From: Minisyncoccota bacterium
GTDB lineage: Bacteria; Patescibacteriota; Minisyncoccia; UBA6257; GWB1-50-10
DNA length: 64,000 bases
Direction: 5' to 3'
NCBI GenBank assembly: GCA_020059915.1
Contig: JAGVBB010000003.1
Coordinates: 160,610 to 224,609 of the forward strand
Below the pieces are notes generated by a model. It was given only the letters and a program-made list of their open reading frames with translations, searched no databases and was not told the origin of the DNA. This document shows, piece by piece, positions 16,451 through 25,980 of this stretch. The stretch's first letter is position 1. The number at the start of each line of letters is the position of its first letter. A program made the translations under genes and the position numbers.

Positions 16451-19400
16451 ATGTCCAAATTTATTCACCTACACGTTCATAGCCATTACTCACTACTTGA
16501 TGGACTTGCTAAAATCGACGACCTTATCAAACGCGCAAAAGAATTGAAGATGGATTCACTTGCACTCACCGATCATGGAAATCTATATGGTGCAATTGAG
16601 TTCTATAAAAAAGCAAAAAAAGCAGGAATAAAACCAATTCTTGGTGTTGAAGCATATGTCGCTCCACACTCTCGATTTGATAAACGCGCAAAAGTTGATG
16701 ATGCACGATATCATCTCATATTGCTCGCAAAAAACGAAACAGGATGGAAAAACATTCTAAAATTAGTAACACTTTCAAATCTTGAGGGTTTTTATTATAA
16801 ACCAAGAATTGATAAAGATATCTTAAAAGAGCACTCTGACGGAATTGTTTGTCTGTCGGGATGTTACAGTGGAGAAATTTCCCATCTTGTTGCTCGAAAA
16901 CAAATTGCAGAAGCACGTGCGGTAGCGTTGTGGTACAAGGAAACATTTGGAGAAAATTTTTATATAGAAATACAAAAACACTCACCCGACCTTCATGCTC
17001 CACTTATCGCTCTTGGAAAAGAGTTGGGAATTGGTGTAGTTGCAACACAAGATGTTCACTATACAAACAAAGACGATCAGATGGCACATGAAATTCTTCT
17101 TGCAGTTCAGACCGCAAGTAGGCTTGATGATGAGGATCGATTATCACTGAAAAATTATGATATTTCACTTTCTTCGGCAGAAGAGATGGAAACTGCCTTT
17201 TCACATATTCCTAAAGCATTGGAAAACTCAGTAAAAATTGCTGAACAGTGCAATGTCACACTTGAACTCGGGAAGGTCCTCCTTCCTAAATATGTTCCCC
17301 CAGATCCAATGATGTCTGCGTTTGATTATCTAAAACAACTAACGTATGAACGCATAAAAAATCGCTATCCAGAGATAACTCCGGAAATTGAAGATCGTCT
17401 CAAATTGGAATTGGATGTCATTGAACGAACAGGGTATGCTGACTACTTTTTGATCGTTCAGGATTATATTAATTGGGCAAAAGACCACGGAATCGTTGTC
17501 GGTCCAGGAAGAGGGTCTGCCGCCGGCTCAATCGTTACCTATATTCTTCGCATCACAAACATAGATCCGTTAAAATATGATCTTCTTTTTGAACGTTTTT
17601 TGAATCCCGATCGCATTCAGATGCCTGATATTGATACCGACTTTACCGACGTTCGTCGCGATGAGGTACTCTCATATGTTCGTGAAAAATATGGAAATGA
17701 TAAGGTTGCGCAAATCATAACATTTGGAAGTATGGCAGCACGTGCCGCAATTCGCGATGTTGGTCGCGCAACAGGCGTTCCTTATGCGGTGTGTGATGAA
17801 CTATCAAAAATGATTCCATTCAATCCAACACAAGGAATGAAGGAGGGTTGGATTGATGAATGTTTGAACGTGGTGCCTGAGTTTAAAGAAAAATATGAAA
17901 AGGATCCACAAGCAAAAAAATTAATTGATTCTGCAAAAAAATTGGAAGGTGTTGCTCGGCACGCATCGGTACACGCATGTGGCGTGGTGATTGCACCAGA
18001 ACCGCTCACCAATTATATGTCGCTACAAAAAGCACCACAGGGAGAAGATGCGATTATTACGCAATTTGAAATGCATGCTGTTGAGGATGTAGGTATTTTA
18101 AAAATGGATTTTTTAGGACTCAAGAACCTCACTATTATTGAATACACACTCCGCTTGATTCGTGAATATCATGGAATTGATTTAGATATTGATACCCTCC
18201 CTCTCGACAGCGACAAGGCATTTGAACTATTCCGCACTGGAGACACCACTGGCGTATTCCAATTTGAATCCTCTGGAATGAAACGATACCTTAAGGAATT
18301 AAAACCAACAGAATTAGAAGATATTATCGCAATGGTTGCGCTGTACCGTCCTGGACCAATGGATCTTATTCCTTCTTATATTTTAAGAAAACATGGGAAA
18401 GAGGAGGTAACCTATCTCCACCCAAAACTTGAACCAATTCTTGGAAAAACATATGGTGTAGGAATTTATCAGGAGCAAATGATGCGTATTGCGCGCGATC
18501 TTGCGGGGTTCACACTTGCAGAAGCAGACACGTTGCGCAAAGCAATTGGAAAAAAGATAAAAGAACTTCTTGCGGAACAACAAGGAAAATTAATTAATGG
18601 GATGATACACAACGGCATAGACAAAGAAACCGCTGAAGCAATTTGGGAGTTGTTTCCCCCGTTTGCACGGTATGGATTCAATCGCAGTCACGCCGCCTGC
18701 TATGCACTTATTGCATATCAAACCGCATATCTTAAGGCGCATTATCCGATTGAGTTTATGACCAGCCTCTTAAATATTTCGGGAACAGACGTTGATCGTA
18801 TTAATTTTCTGGTTGGCGAGGCAAAACATTTAAAAATAAAAGTACTTCCCCCGGATATAAACACAAGCGTAAAGGAATTTGCCGTCGATGGAACAAATAT
18901 TCGCTTTGGGCTCACTGCGATTAAAGGTGTTGGCGTTGGCGTGGTGGATGCGATTATTGAATCAAGAAACCGCATGGGACCATTTCTCAATCTCACCGAC
19001 TTCCTCAATCGTATTCACAATCGCGACTTAAATAAAAAATCAATTGAAGCATTTGCAAAAGCGGGTGCATTTGATTCATTTGAAATCAAACGGGCGGACA
19101 TATTGGAAAATATTGAAGACATACTGGAATTCAATCAAGGAGTCCGAAAAAGCGCATCAGCGAATCAATCATCATTGTTTGGAAAGGACTCACATATACA
19201 TCAATTAAAATTAAAACCTGCCCAACACGACATTCCAAAGGCGGAAATGCTTCGATGGGAAAAAGAGCTCTTGGGTCTCTATATTAGCGATCATCCATTT
19301 ACTCCATATAGAGAAATACTGAAAGAAAAAATTCCAACATTATCGGATGTTTTGAAAATACCAAAAAACGGTGATCGTGGACCACGTATCTGGATTGCGG

Positions 19401-19642
19401 GAATTGTTGCATCTATTCAAAAATATGTAACAAAAAAACAAACGACTATGTATTTTGTAACCCTTGAAGACCTGAGTGATACATTGGAACTACTCGTATT
19501 TGATGAGGCAATAAAACGAAATCAAGATCTTTGGGTTGAGGGAAAAGCCATTGCTGTAGTTGGACGTCTTAGTTGGAAAAATGATGAAACAAAATTCATT
19601 GTTGACGACGCACGCGGACTTCCCACACCAAAAGAAACATAA
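16451..19642 (+). CDS. dnaE: DNA polymerase III alpha subunit
   Basis: PHP domain (FIHLHVHSHYSLLDG), polymerase core and a C-terminal OB fold. The start is taken as ATG 16451, 12 nt after the SD AAGGAG; the track start at 16430 overlaps the SD. Confidence 0.9.
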   Translation: MSKFIHLHVHSHYSLLDGLAKIDDLIKRAKELKMDSLALTDHGNLYGAIEFYKKAKKAGIKPILGVEAYVAPHSRFDKRAKVDDARYHLILLAKNETGWKNILKLVTLSNLEGFYYKPRIDKDILKEHSDGIVCLSGCYSGEISHLVARKQIAEARAVALWYKETFGENFYIEIQKHSPDLHAPLIALGKELGIGVVATQDVHYTNKDDQMAHEILLAVQTASRLDDEDRLSLKNYDISLSSAEEMETAFSHIPKALENSVKIAEQCNVTLELGKVLLPKYVPPDPMMSAFDYLKQLTYERIKNRYPEITPEIEDRLKLELDVIERTGYADYFLIVQDYINWAKDHGIVVGPGRGSAAGSIVTYILRITNIDPLKYDLLFERFLNPDRIQMPDIDTDFTDVRRDEVLSYVREKYGNDKVAQIITFGSMAARAAIRDVGRATGVPYAVCDELSKMIPFNPTQGMKEGWIDECLNVVPEFKEKYEKDPQAKKLIDSAKKLEGVARHASVHACGVVIAPEPLTNYMSLQKAPQGEDAIITQFEMHAVEDVGILKMDFLGLKNLTIIEYTLRLIREYHGIDLDIDTLPLDSDKAFELFRTGDTTGVFQFESSGMKRYLKELKPTELEDIIAMVALYRPGPMDLIPSYILRKHGKEEVTYLHPKLEPILGKTYGVGIYQEQMMRIARDLAGFTLAEADTLRKAIGKKIKELLAEQQGKLINGMIHNGIDKETAEAIWELFPPFARYGFNRSHAACYALIAYQTAYLKAHYPIEFMTSLLNISGTDVDRINFLVGEAKHLKIKVLPPDINTSVKEFAVDGTNIRFGLTAIKGVGVGVVDAIIESRNRMGPFLNLTDFLNRIHNRDLNKKSIEAFAKAGAFDSFEIKRADILENIEDILEFNQGVRKSASANQSSLFGKDSHIHQLKLKPAQHDIPKAEMLRWEKELLGLYISDHPFTPYREILKEKIPTLSDVLKIPKNGDRGPRIWIAGIVASIQKYVTKKQTTMYFVTLEDLSDTLELLVFDEAIKRNQDLWVEGKAIAVVGRLSWKNDETKFIVDDARGLPTPKET

Positions 19643-19841
19643 ATGTTATTAAAGGATTGAAGTATTGAAAATTTAAAAATTTTTAGACTGACTTTATTCA
19701 CACTCTGTTGAAAACCCCATAGGTGCGACCTTTTTGCTATCTCATTGGGGTCATTCCCACATCCTCCTCGTCATTCCCGCGAATGCGGGAATCCATTGTT
19801 TCGAATTTTGTCCTTTACTCCTCAATCTTTCAATCCTGCCT

Positions 19842-19862
19842 GCCGGTAGGCAGGCTTCAATC
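19842..19862. repeat. REP-like palindromic element CCTGCCTGCCGGTAGGCAGG (copy 2 of 3) with flanking TTCAAT repeats
   Basis: Identical core to 31278-31316 and inverted copy at 8131-8150; flanked by the ttcaatttttcaatt motif also present at 31250-31275. Confidence 0.6.
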
Positions 19863-19950
19863 CTTCAATTTTTCAATTCTTTCTGCTATCCTCAAAAAAC
19901 CCTTTATTTATCATCATTTTTCCCCCTATCCTTTGTGGCTTGTGGGGGTA

Positions 19951-19979
19951 TTGACTTTTTTATGAAATGGGTGTATACT
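19951..19979 (+). promoter_or_regulatory. Near-consensus sigma-70 promoter (TTGACT-17-TATACT)
   Basis: -35 at 19951-19956 and -10 at 19974-19979 with a 17-nt spacer, about 70 nt upstream of the GTG at 20048, which is preceded by an AGGAGG SD. Confidence 0.6.
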
Positions 19980-20047
19980 ATAGGTACAACAGTGATAGAA
20001 GATAACTGTTATTAACAAATTAATATTAAAAATCTTAGGAGGTTCAA

Positions 20048-20476
20048 GTGGAAAATCTATTATTGATTGCCGTCGTCGTATTAGCAATTGCAGTTGTAGC
20101 TCTCTACAACAAAAAAGAAAAATTCGGTCTTAACCAATTTTCAGCAATGCGCGCCGAAGCAAAGGCAAAATATGGTGAAAATTACAAAAGTGCACTTGCT
20201 GGCGCAAAGTTAGCAATAAAGTACATGTCAAAAGTAAATTTTACCGCAGATGCTGAAGCTAAAACACTAGTCTCAAATCACAGTGCTGCTGCTGCTAAGT
20301 TTAATCAAACTGCAATAGAAGAACTTGATTCAGCAAAGATACAAGCAGCCGAACTTGAGAAACAAGCAGCTCAAGCAAGAAAAGAAGGCGAAGAAGCATT
20401 CGAAGAAAATATCGCAAAAGCTAATAACGAAGCTGCAACCGCAAAGAAATACAACGATATTCTTGCAGATATGTAA
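20048..20476 (+). CDS. Hypothetical Ala/Lys-rich coiled-coil protein with N-terminal TM anchor
   Basis: Strong promoter, SD AGGAGG, and a terminator; the product has a TM helix followed by an Ala-rich helical repeat. Confidence 0.45.
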   Translation: MENLLLIAVVVLAIAVVALYNKKEKFGLNQFSAMRAEAKAKYGENYKSALAGAKLAIKYMSKVNFTADAEAKTLVSNHSAAAAKFNQTAIEELDSAKIQAAELEKQAAQARKEGEEAFEENIAKANNEAATAKKYNDILADM

Positions 20477-20506
20477 TCCCTCCACCGATTTTCCCCTATT
20501 TACAGC

Positions 20507-20530
20507 CCCGTGCAATGCACGGGCGCTTTT
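20507..20530 (+). terminator. Rho-independent terminator (cccgtgca-at-tgcacggg then T-run)
   Basis: 7-bp GC-rich stem followed by TTTTTT. Confidence 0.55.
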
Positions 20531-20571
20531 TTATTGCACACTTTCCTTCCTTAGCGTTATAATTCTGAGTA

Positions 20572-22446
20572 ATGGCCATGAAACAGAAAAAGTCCTCAGA
20601 ATCAATAAAGGACAAATCCCTCGACCCCGCTCGAGATAAACAATTACACAACGTTCGCCACTCACTTTCTCACCTGCTTGCAACAGCAGTTCTTGAAACA
20701 TATCCAGATACCAAGCTTGGTATTGGCCCAGTTATTGAAAATGGTTTTTATTATGATTTTGAATTTTCAAAACCAATAACGGACGAAATTCTTTCCGTGC
20801 TTGAAAAACGGATGAGAGAGCTGGTAAAAGAAAAACTGACATTTTCAAAGAAATCAATTACTCCCGCAGAAGTAACAAAGAAGTTCAAAAACGCTCCATA
20901 CAAAAAAGAACTTATTGCAGATTTAAAGAAACAGAAAAAGCCCCTATCAATATATGAAACCGCGCGCGGAACGGGAAAAAATAAGATGGTTGTATTTATG
21001 GATCTCTGTTCTGGCCCACACGTGAAAAATACATCAGAGATTCCTGTAGATGCATTTAAATTGATGTCTATTGCGGGAGCATACTGGAGAGGAGATGAAA
21101 AGAATAAAATGCTCACCCGTATCTACGGAGTAGCATTTGAATCAAAAAAAGAGCTTGATGAATACATCCATCGAATGGAGGAGGCAGCAAAGCGCGATCA
21201 CAGAAAACTTGGAAAAGAGTTGGATCTCTTTCATATGGATGAGATGGTTGGACTTGGTCTTCCGTTGTGGCATCCAAAGGGAGCTCTTCTTTGGAGAATT
21301 ATTGAAGAATTTTGGTATCAAAAACATCTAGAAAATGGATATGACCTCGTGCGTTCTCCTCACATTGGGAACCGATCACTGTGGGAAATATCGGGACACT
21401 GGGGATTTTATAACAAATCAATGTATCCTCCAATCGAAGCGGGACAAACTCTGGAAGAAAAACAACAAAATAAGAAGGCAGAATTTTCGGAAGAATATCT
21501 TCTAAAACCAATGAACTGTCCGTTCCACGTCCAAATTTACAAGAGTAATATTCGTTCGTATCGTGATCTCCCCTATCGTTGGGCAGAATGTGGAACTGTA
21601 TACCGATTTGAAAAGAAAGGAGAACTCTCTGGTCTTACCCGCGTTCGAGGATTCACACAAGATGATGCACACATTATGTGCCGAAAAGATCAAATTGAAG
21701 ATGAGTTGAAATTAGTTATCGATTTCATTCTCTTTATTTATAAATCATTCGGTTTTGATATTGATAAGATACACGTATTCCTCTCACTCCGCGATCCAAA
21801 GAACAAGAAAAAATATTCAGGAAACGATGCGGGATGGAATTTTACAGAAACTGTTCTTCGTAAGGTTGCAAAAGAAAAGAAATTGAATTTCAAAGAAGAA
21901 CTTGGAGAGGCAGCGTTTTATGGACCAAAACTTGATTTTAAAATTGAAGACGCAATCGGAAGGCAGTGGCAATGTTCAACGCTTCAGTTTGACTTCAATC
22001 TTCCTGCACGATTTAAAATGTCTTTTATTAACGACAAAGGAAAGGAGGAACAACCATTTATGCTCCACCGTGCTCTTTTTGGATCATATGAGCGCTTCAT
22101 TGGACTTCTCATTGAGCACTACGCGGGAAACTTCCCTGTCTGGCTGGCACCAAAACAGGTTCGCATACTCCCCGTGAGCGAGCGACACGCTGATTATGCA
22201 CATGAAGTCGCACAAGAATGTAAAGCAAATGGAATACGGGTCGAGGTTGATGATGCTTCAGAAACGCTTGGAAAAAGGATAAGAAGTTCTGAAATGGAAA
22301 AAATCCCCTACACTATCGTTGTGGGAGATAAGGAAATTGAATCAAAATCGGTGAATGTCCGTACACGACATCAAAAAGAAACAGAAACAATTTCAACAAA
22401 AGAATGTATTGAGAAAATAAAGAAGGTAATTGAAGAAAAGAAATAA
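20572..22446 (+). CDS. thrS: Threonyl-tRNA synthetase
   Basis: Class II aaRS motifs and ThrRS-specific zinc site (CPFHVQIY, HRALFGSYERFIGLLIEH). Confidence 0.9.
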   Translation: MAMKQKKSSESIKDKSLDPARDKQLHNVRHSLSHLLATAVLETYPDTKLGIGPVIENGFYYDFEFSKPITDEILSVLEKRMRELVKEKLTFSKKSITPAEVTKKFKNAPYKKELIADLKKQKKPLSIYETARGTGKNKMVVFMDLCSGPHVKNTSEIPVDAFKLMSIAGAYWRGDEKNKMLTRIYGVAFESKKELDEYIHRMEEAAKRDHRKLGKELDLFHMDEMVGLGLPLWHPKGALLWRIIEEFWYQKHLENGYDLVRSPHIGNRSLWEISGHWGFYNKSMYPPIEAGQTLEEKQQNKKAEFSEEYLLKPMNCPFHVQIYKSNIRSYRDLPYRWAECGTVYRFEKKGELSGLTRVRGFTQDDAHIMCRKDQIEDELKLVIDFILFIYKSFGFDIDKIHVFLSLRDPKNKKKYSGNDAGWNFTETVLRKVAKEKKLNFKEELGEAAFYGPKLDFKIEDAIGRQWQCSTLQFDFNLPARFKMSFINDKGKEEQPFMLHRALFGSYERFIGLLIEHYAGNFPVWLAPKQVRILPVSERHADYAHEVAQECKANGIRVEVDDASETLGKRIRSSEMEKIPYTIVVGDKEIESKSVNVRTRHQKETETISTKECIEKIKKVIEEKK

Positions 22447-22452
22447 AAAATC

Positions 22453-22474
22453 CCCCGCTCCTGCGGGGGTTTTA
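22453..22474 (+). terminator. Rho-independent terminator (cccccgc-tcct-gcggggg-tttt)
   Basis: Perfect GC stem plus a T-run right after the thrS stop. Confidence 0.6.
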
Positions 22475-22642
22475 AGTGTTTCTAATAATATAATATTTTA
22501 ACGTCGCTGAATTTTTGCTTTTTTTTCATTTTGGCTCCAAGGCCACTGTTAAGTAAATCCGGAAAAGAATTCCATCCTGCCCTCCTTTCTTGTTAGCCAG
22601 TTCCTGTCCGATCTTTTTTACCTCTTCCCAAAGGATAATCTA

Positions 22643-22768
22643 CTAAGAAATGTAGTCCTCGGGATCAAAAAACTTTTTGCGCGACTTCCAAACAAACGCG
22701 CCAATACCAACAATTGCCAAGCCAGCGAGGCCAGCAAAAATAGATCTTTTGTGTTTTAGTAACGTCAC
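22643..22768 (-). CDS. Possible 41-aa single-TM membrane peptide (GTG start)
   Basis: AAGGAG SD 7 nt before GTG; VTLLKHKRSIFAGLAGLAIVGIGAFVWKSRKKFFDPEDYIS. Below the ORF-track cutoff; speculative. Confidence 0.25.
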   Translation of the reverse strand: MTLLKHKRSIFAGLAGLAIVGIGAFVWKSRKKFFDPEDYIS

Positions 22769-22865
22769 CGTACAACTCCTTTTTAATTGGAAATGTTCAA
22801 ACTTTTATGCATTTAAAATGCCTATATACAATAGCACCTAATGTCTATAGTGTCAATATCTCTTC

Positions 22866-22923
22866 ATAAACACATCTCATGGGTAGACTTTAGAGATTTA
22901 GTCTGCCCATGAGATGTGTTTAT
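22866..22923. promoter_or_regulatory. Long near-perfect inverted repeat (23-bp arms, 12-bp spacer) upstream of miaA
   Basis: ataaacacatctcatgggtagac ... gtctgcccatgagatgtgtttat; one mismatch. Confidence 0.45.
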
Positions 22924-22977
22924 TCATTTTTGATGAATATATCTATAATGATTTAATTTTTCCTGTTACTATACAGA

Positions 22978-23877
22978 ATGATGAAGGAACCAAGAATTTT
23001 TGTAATAGTTGGCCCAACGGCAAGTGGAAAAAGCGATTGTGCTGTTTTAATTGCAAAAAAGGTAAATGGAGAAATCATTTCAGCCGACTCACGTCAGGTG
23101 TATAAGGGAATGAATTTAGGTACGGGGAAAATAACAAAAAAAGAAATGGCTGGAATCCCCCATCATCTTCTTGATACAACAAACCCATGGAACGAATTTT
23201 CCGTTTCTAGATATAAACGCTTGGGAAGAAAAATAATCATAGAAATTATACAACGAGGAAAAACACCAATTGTTTGTGGTGGAACGGGCCACTATATTGA
23301 GGCACTTGTTGATGGGTTAATCATTCCAGAGGTAAGGCCAGATAAACAACTAAGAAAAGTGTTACAAAATAAAACTCCGCAAGAATTATTCAAACAACTA
23401 CAAAAACTTGATCCAGAGCGCGCATCCACTATCGATATGCACAATCCACGAAGACTTGTGCGAGCAATTGAAATTGCTACACATTTAGGACGTGTTCCCC
23501 AAAAACAATATGACCCACTCCCCTACAAGACACTATGGATTGGGATTTCAAAAGAAAAAGAAGAACTAGAAAAGCGAATACACACTCGACTTCTTTCACG
23601 AATAAAAAAAGGGATGATACAAGAGATTCAAAATCTACATGACGGAAAATTAGGAAGGTCTGTCTCTTGGAAAAAACTTGATAATTTTGGATTGGAATAT
23701 CGCTATGTTTCAAGGCATCTTAGAGGATTGATCACAAAAGAAGAAATGATTCATCAACTTGAAAAAGAAATAATTGATTATTCAAAGCGCCAACATACGT
23801 GGTTTAAACGAAACAAACGTATTCAATGGATAAACAATGAAAAGGGAATTGAAGAAATACTAAACTCTAATTCCTAA
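22978..23877 (+). CDS. miaA: tRNA dimethylallyltransferase
   Basis: P-loop IVGPTASGKS and the MiaA core (SADSRQVYKGMNLGTGKIT). Confidence 0.85.
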   Translation: MMKEPRIFVIVGPTASGKSDCAVLIAKKVNGEIISADSRQVYKGMNLGTGKITKKEMAGIPHHLLDTTNPWNEFSVSRYKRLGRKIIIEIIQRGKTPIVCGGTGHYIEALVDGLIIPEVRPDKQLRKVLQNKTPQELFKQLQKLDPERASTIDMHNPRRLVRAIEIATHLGRVPQKQYDPLPYKTLWIGISKEKEELEKRIHTRLLSRIKKGMIQEIQNLHDGKLGRSVSWKKLDNFGLEYRYVSRHLRGLITKEEMIHQLEKEIIDYSKRQHTWFKRNKRIQWINNEKGIEEILNSNS

Positions 23878-23959
23878 ATACTAAACAATATATAAATTCA
23901 AATATTTTTGGGTTTAGATTTTTGAATTTGTTTAGGATTTATAAATTCGTGCTTAGAGT

Positions 23960-25390
23960 TTATTCACTAAGTTTCTTCTCAAACAAAACTTTTAATATAT
24001 CTGGACTTGCCTGCCCCTTTGTGCGGGCCATTCCCTGTCCCACAAGAAACTGAATCGAATTCATCTTTCCCTTTTTAAAATCTTCTATTGCTTTTGGATT
24101 CTTTGAAAGTATCTCCTCAATGACTGGCATAAGTTCTTCTTCTCCACCAATGACACGAATACCACCTTCTCTCATAATTACCTCTGGATCCTCTCCTGTT
24201 TCAAACATCTTCACAAGTATGTCTTTTGCAAGACGACTAGATAATTTTCCATCATCAACCAAACGAACAAGATCGGCAAAATTTTCTGGAGTAATTTTTA
24301 ATTGATCAAATCCAACATTTTTTACATTCATCAGTCCCTTAAGATCACTTGTTAAATAGTTTGCGAGTAATACTATATTTGGATCCTTTTCTTCAGTACG
24401 AAGTTCTGAGACTGCATTTTCAAAATAATTTGCCCATTCCGGTTGATCAATAAGTAATTCAACTAAATCTTTTGATAATCCATACTGAACAACCAAACGA
24501 TCTCGCTTTGCTTCTGGTAACTCGGGAAGCCCTCTCTTCATACCTTCTATGTCCCAACTTGATAAATCTATTGGCGCAAGATCTGGCTCGGGAAAATAGC
24601 GATAATCGTGTGCTGATTCTTTTGAGCGCTGGCTTTCTGTTATTCTCTTAACATCATTCCATCCACGTGTTTCTTGATGTATTGTTCCTCCAGATTCCAA
24701 AACCTCTTCCTGTCTTTGTAATTCAAATAGAATCGCATCATGTACCGCACGAAATGAATTTATATTTTTTACCTCAACCTTCGTCCCCAATTCTCCCGAC
24801 TTTTTACTAATTGATATATTTGCCTCAACGCGCATCTGTCCCTTTTCCATATCTGCATCGGAAATTCCGAGATATCGAACAATTCGCTGTAGTTCTTTTG
24901 CAAAAGCAACTGCCTCATCAGCATTTTTTATATCTGGTTCCGTTACCAACTCCATGAGTGGCGACCCCGCACGATTATAGTCAACATATGTTGCATCTGC
25001 TTTTTTTCCCGCAATATCATGCAACAATCGTCCAGCGTCTTCTTCTAAATGTACTCGAGTGATTCGAATCCCATGTAACATACCATGAGAAACAAATGGT
25101 TCATCATATTGGGAAATTTGATACCCCTTCGGAAGATCGGGATAAAAATAACTCTTTCTATCAAAATGTGATGTTGTTGCAATAGCCCCATTGAGTGCCA
25201 AACCAAGACGCACTACAGCGCGAATGGCCTCCTCATTTGCAACAGGAATGGTCCCTGGATGCGCCAAACAAACCGGACATACATTTATGTTCGGATTGCC
25301 ATCCTCAAACGAATTTGGACAAGAACAAAACATTTTCGTTTTGGTCTTCACAATCATATGGATTTCAAGTCCAATAGTCGGAATATACAT
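23960..25390 (-). CDS. gatB: Asp-tRNA(Asn)/Glu-tRNA(Gln) amidotransferase subunit B
   Basis: GatB N-terminal signature (IGLEIH..., CPVCLAHPGTIP) and a C-terminal YqeY-like tail. Confidence 0.9.
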   Translation of the reverse strand: MYIPTIGLEIHMIVKTKTKMFCSCPNSFEDGNPNINVCPVCLAHPGTIPVANEEAIRAVVRLGLALNGAIATTSHFDRKSYFYPDLPKGYQISQYDEPFVSHGMLHGIRITRVHLEEDAGRLLHDIAGKKADATYVDYNRAGSPLMELVTEPDIKNADEAVAFAKELQRIVRYLGISDADMEKGQMRVEANISISKKSGELGTKVEVKNINSFRAVHDAILFELQRQEEVLESGGTIHQETRGWNDVKRITESQRSKESAHDYRYFPEPDLAPIDLSSWDIEGMKRGLPELPEAKRDRLVVQYGLSKDLVELLIDQPEWANYFENAVSELRTEEKDPNIVLLANYLTSDLKGLMNVKNVGFDQLKITPENFADLVRLVDDGKLSSRLAKDILVKMFETGEDPEVIMREGGIRVIGGEEELMPVIEEILSKNPKAIEDFKKGKMNSIQFLVGQGMARTKGQASPDILKVLFEKKLSE

Positions 25391-25486
25391 AATTAATTAG
25401 GTCAAAATGCAAAAATCAAACCTCAAAAGCACCGAAAATACATAATGACAATTAAGTATATTATCAAGGTTCAAAAAATAAAAGTC

Positions 25487-25520
25487 AAAAAAATCCCGTC
25501 TGCCTTGAGCACGACGGGAT
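25487..25520 (-). terminator. Terminator hairpin (atcccgtc...gacgggat) downstream of the 25534-25875 gene
   Basis: 8-bp stem; the A-run on plus is a T-run on minus. Confidence 0.5.
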
Positions 25521-25533
25521 TAAGAATTAATTA

Positions 25534-25875
25534 TTATTTTTTGTACTTTTTCTTTAACATTGAGTGAACTTTACCAATAAAGATATCATTAAGCTTGCTT
25601 TCTGCCTCCAACGCGTTGCCACGCACGGCGAGATCGTCACTTAGATTAAATGATATGAAATCTTGAGAAAACGGAACTGACTGTATCCAAAGCTTCATAT
25701 GTTGGAAACTTCGTTCTACTGGTCGCTTTGACTCTAATGCTTTTTTTATCTCTTCCATATCTGATGTATGGACGTAGCGAATTAGATTTCCACCAACTAC
25801 TGTATCAAAGACTCTAATGACATCTTGAAGCATCTCAAAAGTAAACTCTTTTAAAGATATTTTAATCACTTCCAT
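25534..25875 (-). CDS. Hypothetical protein
   Basis: 113-aa ORF with its own terminator; no confident family assignment. Confidence 0.4.
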   Translation of the reverse strand: MEVIKISLKEFTFEMLQDVIRVFDTVVGGNLIRYVHTSDMEEIKKALESKRPVERSFQHMKLWIQSVPFSQDFISFNLSDDLAVRGNALEAESKLNDIFIGKVHSMLKKKYKK

Positions 25876-25980
25876 TATATATTCCTTTTTTTATGAACAA
25901 ATGTACAGTAAATCTTTTTTATCATTCCGTCAATTAAAAATCCCCGCCCGCTTTAACGCGACGGGGATTGATTATTCCCC

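Noticed and set aside
19723-20015. Track ORFs 19723-19965 and 19734-20015 on the plus strand
   Set aside because: They lie in the repeat-rich intergenic region (REP-like palindrome, gaat-centred palindrome, promoter) between dnaE and the coiled-coil protein gene. There is no SD or start context; the composition is that of noncoding sequence.
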